A model generated the notes under the pieces. It did not search any database and was not told the DNA's origin. It saw nothing but the letters and a program-made list of their open reading frames with translations. The position numbers and the translations under genes are program-made. Positions 13,684 to 20,000 of a stretch of DNA of 20,000 nt are shown in pieces. This stretch comes from an uncultured virus (IMG/VR IMGVR_UViG_3300030339_000028) (lineage: Duplodnaviria; Heunggongvirae; Uroviricota; Caudoviricetes), in IMG/VR virus record IMGVR_UViG_3300030339_000028. The stretch is one strand, 5' to 3'. Numbering within the stretch: position 1 is the first letter of the stretch; every line of letters begins with the position of its first letter.

Positions 13684-13860
13684 TCAAAGTATAGCTAGTA
13701 AATCTGTCCAAGTGACTTCCTCATCGGGTTCTATTCCGACGATTAGTTTCTGATTATCTAATCGCTTTAACAGCACGTCCATCCGTTCTTCGGATATCTT
13801 ACCTTCCTCAAATCTTTCGAGGATGATTTCCCTCTTGGCAATATATTCACTCCATTTCAT
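13684..13860 (-). CDS. Hypothetical protein (58 aa; not in ORF track)
   Basis: MKWSEYIAKREIILERFEEGKISEERMDVLLKRLDNQKLIVGIEPDEEVTWTDLLAIL*. Confidence 0.7.
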   Translation of the reverse strand: MKWSEYIAKREIILERFEEGKISEERMDVLLKRLDNQKLIVGIEPDEEVTWTDLLAIL

Positions 13861-13879
13861 GGTATCTGTTTTTAATAGT

Positions 13880-14050
13880 TTAATAACCTAACCATTCATA
13901 AAGACCTTTTTCTGTGATAATTGTAAGGTCTACTAATTCTACCTCCCACACATCGTGGATAGTATCGTACACAGGGCCTTCAACAAAATTACCGTTCACT
14001 ACAAATCCGTGATCTTGACAGATTTTCTTTAACTTTTCTATTGATGTCAT
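13880..14050 (-). CDS. Hypothetical protein (56 aa)
   Basis: Start is MTSIEKLKK at 14050, marked by the 21-bp motif; ends LYEWLGY. Confidence 0.75.
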   Translation of the reverse strand: MTSIEKLKKICQDHGFVVNGNFVEGPVYDTIHDVWEVELVDLTIITEKGLYEWLGY

Positions 14051-14065
14051 TTTCGTAAGTTTTAA
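14045..14065 (-). repeat. Early start motif copy TTAAAACTTACGAAAATGACA
   Basis: Identical to 12081-12101 and 15232-15252. Confidence 0.9.
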
Positions 14066-14100
14066 CCAGCCGCTGTATTGTGGATGCTGTATATTATACG

Positions 14101-14131
14101 CAAATGTAGAGTGATTGTTACACATATCAAA
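14101..14131 (-). promoter_or_regulatory. Bacteroidota sigmaA early promoter
   Basis: TTTG (14131-14128) - N19 - TACATTTG (14108-14101), an exact consensus match. Confidence 0.75.
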
Positions 14132-14360
14132 AGGTATCTGCAAAAGAATGCAAATTATCTTTAGGTAAACAAAACTCTGGTAGATTTGATTCTGAGCACT
14201 AGGATTAGGCCTAAAACGAGCAAAAAGGTTCTGCTAAAGAGCACAAAAAGTGCCTCAAAGCAGCATAACACGAATTCGCGCCTGTCATACACTATACTGT
14301 GAAGGCAGTAGTTAGTATTAAAACACTATTCTCCTGCTGAAAACAGCTTGTTTTAAAGCT

Positions 14361-14420
14361 AAAAAAGCTGATGGCATACATTGCCTTATTATTGCATGGG
14401 GCAATGCAATACACATCAGC
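14361..14420 (-). terminator. Terminator-like long hairpin (T3)
   Basis: GCTGATG...CATTGCC/GGCAATG...CATCAGC followed by TTTTTT. Confidence 0.5.
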
Positions 14421-14476
14421 AGTATAATCCACGTTCAAATAGCATCAAAACAGCCTATTCTAGCCGATAACCCCAT

Positions 14477-14538
14477 AAAAAAAGCCATACGTTACCGTAT
14501 AGCCATAAAAAAGCTGCAAAGTATAAACCTTGCAGCTT
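14477..14538 (-). terminator. Two tandem intrinsic terminators (T1, T2)
   Basis: AAGCTGCAA-loop-TTGCAGCTT-TTTT, then GCTATACG-GTAA-CGTATGGC-TTTTTTT. Confidence 0.75.
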
Positions 14539-14546
14539 GTGAGCAG

Positions 14547-14663
14547 TTAACCTAAATTGTTAAATATGGTGCAGCATATAAGCGCCGCAATGTAACAAAC
14601 ACCAGCAATAACAAAAATCGCATTCGCTATGCTGTCCTTTTGGGTAGTAGTGTTATTTTGCAT
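14547..14663 (-). CDS. Small single-TM membrane protein (38 aa)
   Basis: MQNNTTTQKDSIANAIFVIAGVCYIAALICCTIFNNLG*; start overlaps the end of the upstream gene. Confidence 0.6.
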   Translation of the reverse strand: MQNNTTTQKDSIANAIFVIAGVCYIAALICCTIFNNLG

Positions 14664-15237
14664 CGTCGGCAGTTTTAACAGCCTCAGCAGCCGGTTCGTT
14701 AATAACAGCAGGCACAACGGCAGCAGCTTGCAAGCCTTTAAGCAAATCCAGCGTCGTTGCATGCTTTAAGTAAATTGTAATACGCCCAGCAATAAAAGTC
14801 AAATCCGTTACATTTTTGTAACCATAAGCAGTAATAAACGCCTTCGCAATCTCAGCCTGTGTGGCTTTGTTTTTAAGCAGCATAGCAGCCAAAAGATGCA
14901 TATTTTTAACCCCTTCGTATATGCTACCGTATTTAGCAGCTTTCGTGGCATTAGTGGAGCTCTTTTTGTCCTTTTTTGCAGCTTTTTTAACCGCTGCCGT
15001 TTTCAGCATATTTGTTAATTTGCGTTCCGTAACCAACAAAGCAGCTTTTTTACTACGTTCAGGGGCGGCAGCTAATTTAGCCAATCTAGCCGTTTCGCGC
15101 TCCTCAGTAAGTTTTTTTAATACGTTGGCAGTTGCTACCGCACCAGCTTTGTTTGAACTTGCAATACCGTTAGAAACGTTTGCGTTATTAACTGTACCAA
15201 TAACCAAATTTTTAGCATTTTTTCTACTTTTTGTCAT
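14653..15237 (-). CDS. Lys/Ala-rich basic protein (194 aa), first gene of the early arm
   Basis: K/A-rich; domain AFITAYGYKNVTDLTFIAGRITIYLKHA is homologous to 12287..12946; start carries the 21-bp motif. Confidence 0.8.
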   Translation of the reverse strand: MTKSRKNAKNLVIGTVNNANVSNGIASSNKAGAVATANVLKKLTEERETARLAKLAAAPERSKKAALLVTERKLTNMLKTAAVKKAAKKDKKSSTNATKAAKYGSIYEGVKNMHLLAAMLLKNKATQAEIAKAFITAYGYKNVTDLTFIAGRITIYLKHATTLDLLKGLQAAAVVPAVINEPAAEAVKTADDAK

Positions 15238-15252
15238 TTTCGTAAGTTTTAA
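15232..15252 (-). repeat. Early start motif copy TTAAAACTTACGAAAATGACA
   Basis: Identical to 12081-12101 and 14045-14065. Confidence 0.9.
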
Positions 15253-15414
15253 TAAAAATTAATAAAATAATAACTAATTAAACACCATTTAAAGCACAAT
15301 TCTCGCCTTACTATTTATTAGCAGCACTACCCCATAACCTGTAAATGAATACTGGCTCTGTTGCCAGCTATGGGTACGACCCGCCTTTTCTAGTACTAGG
15401 ACTTTCCACCAACA

Positions 15415-15426
15415 TGTTAAAGAACA
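15415..15426 (-). promoter_or_regulatory. boxA antitermination element
   Basis: TGTTCTTTAACA matches the rrn boxA TGCTCTTTAACA at 11/12 positions; lies in the 5' leader of the first early gene. Confidence 0.7.
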
Positions 15427-15465
15427 CTGACCGCCTGCTACATCCCCTCCCCCCCGTCCGTCATG

Positions 15466-15473
15466 CAATTATA
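15466..15473 (-). promoter_or_regulatory. Possible -7 element of the first early promoter
   Basis: TATAATTG(CA), one mismatch to TAnnTTTG, about 40 nt upstream of boxA; no -33 TTTG at canonical spacing. Confidence 0.4.
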
Positions 15474-15499
15474 CGCAGAATGGTTGATATAGTTACACT

Positions 15500-16329
15500 C
15501 CAAATAAAATAAATGTAAAAAATAGTACTTTATGCTGATAGCTCTACAACATCTATATACCAATAACAGCTTAACAGTAAGAGCAGTTAAACCTCAGCAA
15601 ATAAAAAAACAACAAACGTACCATATAAACCTAATGTTAAACGAAAGTGAAACCATATAAAAATTTTAGCTTAACTTTACTGGGGACAAAATAAAAGTAA
15701 GAACACATACCAATAACAGCCTACAATACATGAACTAAACCCCGTATAAGATAGTACTATGCAGGCAATATACTTAATATATGTATGGTACTAGATATAG
15801 GGTGTAATACAGTATAACAGCATAGTAAAAAGGGTTATAAAAGACAATGGAGAATAATAAACGACGGCGCGGCCCTGCGACATACGCGGCAGATAGGAGG
15901 CAGCTGATTACACGGTTGTAGAAGGCATAGTGATAGCACAGGAGACAGGAGGTAGTGTATGACGGCTGACAATAGGGATACCTTGCTATAGACGGCACTA
16001 ACGACGATAAGATGATAGTTGACAGTAGACGAAGACAGATGACGGCGGAGAACGGCAGCGAAAGCAGGTGTTATGGAGCACCTCATTTGAATGCCCGAAA
16101 CCAGCAAAAAGCCCCCGAACGCCGCCGACAAATTTTTCAAATATATTCTCAATAGAATAACCGGTCTTTCATATTTCAAATATTTTTCTGATAGTAGAAC
16201 CCGGTTCGTCAACGATAAAGCACTCTGTACTACATTATATAAAGTTTGGGTGTCTTGCAACTGAGAAACAGCCTGATGACAGAAAACACACTCCCGTAAA
16301 ACGGCAATAAATACTAATAGATCGCAATC
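15500..16329. other. Non-coding strand-switch region, probably containing the packaging initiation site or genome end
   Basis: Lies between divergent early and late arms directly upstream of terS; strongly strand-asymmetric; 14-bp direct repeat ATACCAATAACAGC (15557, 15707); phased ACGGC motifs. Confidence 0.5.
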
Positions 16330-16962
16330 ATGGAACGTAAAAGAACGAGAACTAGGGAAGAAGGAAGCATCAAGATCGAGAAGATTGATGACATACTCGA
16401 GACTAGATCTATCCCAGAAGAAGAGGAGGTAGACTTCCTGTACGATAAGCCTAAGACGTTGATGGGCAGACCTGGGAAGTACCATCCTTATATGACGGAA
16501 GAAGTTGAGAAGATGGCGAAGTTCGGATTAAAGAATGAAGAGATTGCCGAGTTCTATGGTATGCACCCTAAGACGTTGACTAAATACATACACTTATATC
16601 CAGAGCTTGAGAGGGCGCTGTATGCTGGGAGAGATTTGAACGGACAAGAACTTGTTGCTAGTCTGAACAAACAAGCTGTTGGGTATGAGGTTGAAGAATT
16701 TGCTGAGGAACGTGGTGTGAAGAAGAATGGAGAAGAATACGTCAAGAACCGTAAGTACATACGGAAGAATATCCAGCCAAATGCCAATGCTGCTATATTT
16801 CTTCTTAAGACGAGATTTCCGAACCGCTTTGTTGAGAAATCTATCAGCGAGAATAATTCCACATTAAACGTCAACATTAACAGACTTGATTTGTCTGACA
16901 TGTCATTCGAGGAGTTAATGGTGATGAAGAAATTAGGATTGAAACAGTTACCTGAAGGATAG
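16330..16962 (+). CDS. terS: Terminase small subunit
   Basis: GRPGKY plus HTH (GLKNEEIAEFYGMHPKTLTKY), QPNANAAIFLLKTR and DLSDMSFEEL tail; directly upstream of terL. Confidence 0.85.
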   Translation: MERKRTRTREEGSIKIEKIDDILETRSIPEEEEVDFLYDKPKTLMGRPGKYHPYMTEEVEKMAKFGLKNEEIAEFYGMHPKTLTKYIHLYPELERALYAGRDLNGQELVASLNKQAVGYEVEEFAEERGVKKNGEEYVKNRKYIRKNIQPNANAAIFLLKTRFPNRFVEKSISENNSTLNVNINRLDLSDMSFEELMVMKKLGLKQLPEG

Positions 16963-16966
16963 GATT

Positions 16967-18496
16967 ATGGTTACCACAGACACAGCCATAGCAGATGTAC
17001 TTCCAAGAGAACAACGAGTTCAGATCGCTGTCAATAACCCTCTTGCAATTATAAGAGAACTCAATAACCGGTCTTTTGCTCACTTTGTACAGTATTTCTG
17101 GCCTGTTGTCTGTAATCAAAAGCTAGTATGGAACTGGCACATGGACGTGTTTTGTAACGAACTTTCTGAAATAGCTATTAACGTAGGAAACAGGGTTCAA
17201 AAAGATCACGATTTGATTATTAATGTACCTCCAGGAACGTCTAAGACGTTGATATGTTCAATTATGTTTCCAGCCTGGTGCTGGACACGGTGGTATTGGA
17301 TGAGATTCATTACAGCAAGTTATTCTTCAGCATTAAGTTTAGAGTCTGCAGAATATTCCAGGGATCTAATTCGTTCTGATCAATTTAAAGATGTGTATCC
17401 CGATTTGATGATTAAAGAAGACAAAGACACAAAATCAAACTTCAAGATCGTCAAATTAATAGAACATCCAAATGGGAAGATGCCCAGACAGGCTCAAGGT
17501 GGGAACAGATACAGTACATCAGTTGGTGGCACATTGATGGGATTCCATGCAGACATTATAATATGGGATGATCCGCTTAACCCGACACAGTCTGTATCAG
17601 ACAAAGAAAGAGAAACTGCAAATAACTGGATTGACAGAACACTTCCAACCAGAAAGACGGATAAAGGTATTTCCGTAGTTGTTGGAGTTATGCAGAGATT
17701 ACACCAGGACGATCCGACAGGACACATTTTAGAGAAGAAGAAAGAAAACGTTCGCAATATATGTTTACCTGGGGAAATCAGAAATTATGGACACAGAGTA
17801 AATCCTCCAGAGTTAAAGAAATTTTATATCGATGGATTACTGGACGCAAATCGCCTAAGTTGGAAAAACTTAAATGATCTTGAAGCTGACTTAGGACAAT
17901 ACGGATTTGCTGGACAAATTGGACAAGACCCGACACCCGCAGGTGGAGGTATGTTCAAGACAGATCATTTTAATTACACTTCCAGTATGCCTAAAGACAA
18001 TGAGATCCTTCAAAAGATCAGATATTGGGATAAGGCAGCAACGGCTGACGGAGGAGCATACACGGTAGGTGTTCACATGGCAAGATTAACAAATAACCGC
18101 TTTTTAGTTTTGGATGTTAAGCGGGGGCAATGGGGAACAAACGAACGGGAGCGAATTATCCTCGACACAGCCCGAAATGATGGAACGAGTACACTAATCT
18201 ACATCGAGCAGGAACCTGGCTCTGGAGGCAAAGAAAGTGCCGAATCAACAATACGCAATCTTCTAGGATATGCCTGCTATGCAGACCGTCCAACAGGAGA
18301 TAAAATATTTAGAGCGGATCCTTATAGTGTTCAGGTAAATGTTGGAGCACTAACTTTAATGAATGCTTCTTGGAATGCCTCTTATGTGGATGAACACAGA
18401 TTCTTTCCATTTGGGAAATTTAAAGATCAGGTAGATGCAAGTGCCGCAGCATTTAACCATTTGTCTGGCAGAAGATATGTTAGTAGAATCATTTAA
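16967..18496 (+). CDS. terL: Terminase large subunit
   Basis: Walker A INVPPGTSKT, Walker B ADIIIWDDP, MQRLHQDD, nuclease RYWDKA, IEQEPGSGGK and KDQVDA. Confidence 0.95.
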   Translation: MVTTDTAIADVLPREQRVQIAVNNPLAIIRELNNRSFAHFVQYFWPVVCNQKLVWNWHMDVFCNELSEIAINVGNRVQKDHDLIINVPPGTSKTLICSIMFPAWCWTRWYWMRFITASYSSALSLESAEYSRDLIRSDQFKDVYPDLMIKEDKDTKSNFKIVKLIEHPNGKMPRQAQGGNRYSTSVGGTLMGFHADIIIWDDPLNPTQSVSDKERETANNWIDRTLPTRKTDKGISVVVGVMQRLHQDDPTGHILEKKKENVRNICLPGEIRNYGHRVNPPELKKFYIDGLLDANRLSWKNLNDLEADLGQYGFAGQIGQDPTPAGGGMFKTDHFNYTSSMPKDNEILQKIRYWDKAATADGGAYTVGVHMARLTNNRFLVLDVKRGQWGTNERERIILDTARNDGTSTLIYIEQEPGSGGKESAESTIRNLLGYACYADRPTGDKIFRADPYSVQVNVGALTLMNASWNASYVDEHRFFPFGKFKDQVDASAAAFNHLSGRRYVSRII

Positions 18497-18507
18497 AAAA
18501 TAAAGAC

Positions 18508-18906
18508 ATGCCATCAATCATTCCAGGAGTTATACATTTTAATCAAGTGTACCAATTTGATGAATTTAATGAGTCTTTTGAAATACAAGGAATCTCATTA
18601 GATGGTAAAAGATTGACATGCCAAGTTAGAGAAACTCCAGACTCCGATGTTGTATTAGAATTTAGTGAGGATGATCAATCGTTGATGAAAACAGATACTG
18701 ACAGCTCATTGATTACAGGTATAACTTTGTATAAAGCATCAGAGGATATGAGTTTGCCGCCGTTATTTGAATTTGGACAGTCTTCTGTCAGGTATCATTT
18801 AACAATTATTATGTACACGGATGATGCAGACATAGAAGATGTTGTCACTATTGTAAAAGGAGATTTGGAAATAGTACATCAATTTACAAAACTTCCAGAA
18901 GTATGA
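18508..18906 (+). CDS. Putative virion structural protein (132 aa, acidic, beta-rich; possibly BppU-like)
   Basis: CQVRETPDS...IVKGDLEI pattern seen in phage baseplate/adaptor proteins. Confidence 0.5.
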   Translation: MPSIIPGVIHFNQVYQFDEFNESFEIQGISLDGKRLTCQVRETPDSDVVLEFSEDDQSLMKTDTDSSLITGITLYKASEDMSLPPLFEFGQSSVRYHLTIIMYTDDADIEDVVTIVKGDLEIVHQFTKLPEV

Positions 18907-19169
18907 CAGTCATAACAGTACAACAACAGACGGTTCAAAGAGTAACTACGTCACAGCAGACGCCAATTACTATTGTAGTTCGACCAACCGGACCACAAGG
19001 ACCTCCAGGACCAATGACAGTATTTGGAACTGTAGATAAGCGAACAGGAATTGATGGAGGATTCTTTGGAGAAATGTCCATTATGGATGATTATTTATAT
19101 GTATGTGTGAAAGCCGGCGGTGCTGGTGTTGCTATTTGGAAAAAGACACTTTTATTTACCACATTATAA
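18903..19169 (+). CDS. Short virion/fibre-associated protein with collagen-like triplets
   Basis: GPQGPPGP and a DDYLYVC...WKK fibre-type motif; ATGA overlap with the upstream gene. Confidence 0.6.
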   Translation: MTVITVQQQTVQRVTTSQQTPITIVVRPTGPQGPPGPMTVFGTVDKRTGIDGGFFGEMSIMDDYLYVCVKAGGAGVAIWKKTLLFTTL

Positions 19170-19176
19170 GTTTACA

Positions 19177-19443
19177 ATGGTACGAAAAATCAAAGAAATT
19201 AATCAAGAGCTTCTAAAAGCAAATAAAAAGCTAAGGGAAGTTCAAGCACTTAAGGAAGAGGCGGAAAAAGAAGAACAAGATCTGATTAATTCAGTTAATA
19301 CATTAATTGAAGAAACTTCTAAAGAAAAAAATGTTTGGGTTGGTGTTGTACTAACGAAAGCAGATTTGGTAAGTATTATCGGGATTGCCCTAGAAACAGG
19401 GGAGTCAATAAGAATAGCTTCTAAGGTGTACATTAACGAATAA
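19177..19443 (+). CDS. Hypothetical coiled-coil protein (88 aa), possibly a fibre chaperone
   Basis: Likely start is MVRKIKE at 19177; N-terminal coiled coil. Confidence 0.6.
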   Translation: MVRKIKEINQELLKANKKLREVQALKEEAEKEEQDLINSVNTLIEETSKEKNVWVGVVLTKADLVSIIGIALETGESIRIASKVYINE

Positions 19444-19454
19444 AACCTACAACT

Positions 19455-20000
19455 ATGGCACAATATGAGTTATGGCTCACGCAGAACGTCCACGCTACCG
19501 GAATTGAGTTTTCGGAAAAGCAGGTCAATATTTCAAAAGGAGGTCTTTTAACTGCAAATGCAGCTCAAGTTCCAGTCGTACTTCCTGTTGGTACAGATAC
19601 ATATGTGTTGACTGCAGATGCTTCGACTACAGAAGGTTTCAAATGGGCAGCACAAGCTGCCGGACATACACAGAACACAGACACAGGAACAACTTCTGCT
19701 GTCTTTGAATTAGATTCTGATGGATATAAAATTGAATTGACTGCAGAGTCTGCTTCTAAGTTAGGAGCAAAAGTAGACGGCGGTGCAACATATGCAGATT
19801 TTCAAGCTAAAGACGGAACATTCAATAAAGTAACTGTTGGTTCAGCTTCTCCATCTGGTGCATATGAGTTGGTTCATAAAACATATGTAGACGGATTGTT
19901 TGCTGCCAATGATGCTATGTTATACAAAGGAACCATTGGTGCTGGAGGAACTCATACAATCACTGCCTTTAATGCACTAACCACATACAATGCTGGTTGG
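19455..20000 (+). CDS. Putative tail fibre/structural protein, 5' part (runs off the window)
   Basis: Open for 182 codons, [12 protein letters not shown]...[22 protein letters not shown]...KTYVDG...YKGT; T/G/A-rich fibre-type motifs. Confidence 0.7.
   Translation, partial: MAQYELWLTQNVHATGIEFSEKQVNISKGGLLTANAAQVPVVLPVGTDTYVLTADASTTEGFKWAAQAAGHTQNTDTGTTSAVFELDSDGYKIELTAESASKLGAKVDGGATYADFQAKDGTFNKVTVGSASPSGAYELVHKTYVDGLFAANDAMLYKGTIGAGGTHTITAFNALTTYNAGW

Noticed and set aside
113..15262. Plus-strand ORFs in the left arm (e.g. 113..631, 4139..4507, 8239..8652, 12546..12917, 14861..15262)
   Set aside because: They are antisense shadows of well-supported minus-strand genes.
16273..16290. CTGATGACAGAAAAC upstream of terS as a second hammerhead core
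   Set aside because: Only 2 nt separate CUGAUGA from GAAA (no stem II), and there are no convincing stems I or III.
15774..16485. Minus-strand ORFs of 216 aa and 74 aa in the strand-switch region
   Set aside because: They overlap terS antisense, have atypical composition and lack a start context; they are probably by-products of strand-biased non-coding DNA.
1..20000. Stop-codon reassignment as in some Bacteroidota phages
   Set aside because: Long genes are intact in the standard code, and TAA, TAG and TGA all end genes with tight packing.

Overview
This is a 20-kb segment of a tailed dsDNA phage (Caudoviricetes) whose host is probably Bacteroidota: it has TTTG-N19/20-TAnnTTTG promoters, A-rich start regions and no Shine-Dalgarno sites. 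Positions 1-15.5 kb form a leftward early/replication arm. It carries about 25 small hypothetical genes, two paralogous Lys/Ala-rich proteins, a SNF2/HARP-like helicase split by an Ala-initiated (class 3-type) LAGLIDADG intein, a hexapeptide-repeat protein, DUF932, a Zn-finger/TOPRIM primase-like protein and a replication initiator with internal iterons. A non-coding strand-switch region of about 1.1 kb (probably the packaging or genome-end region) precedes the rightward terS, terL and virion genes, and no portal follows terL. The most notable signal is an RNA-level control layer in the early intergenic spacers. (i) A start motif AAAACTTAC(G)AAAATG is repeated at about 8 early genes, with three identical 21-bp copies. 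(ii) A hairpin at 10506-10544 has a 15-nt loop that is the antisense of that motif. (iii) A variant type I hammerhead ribozyme lies at 13633-13682. (iv) A 46-nt tRNA-like acceptor/T-arm minihelix lies at 12984-13029. (v) A boxA site lies upstream of three tandem terminators. (vi) A leader-peptide/pseudoknot attenuator lies ahead of the replication initiator. All calls come from reading the sequence by eye; no searches or folding programs were run.
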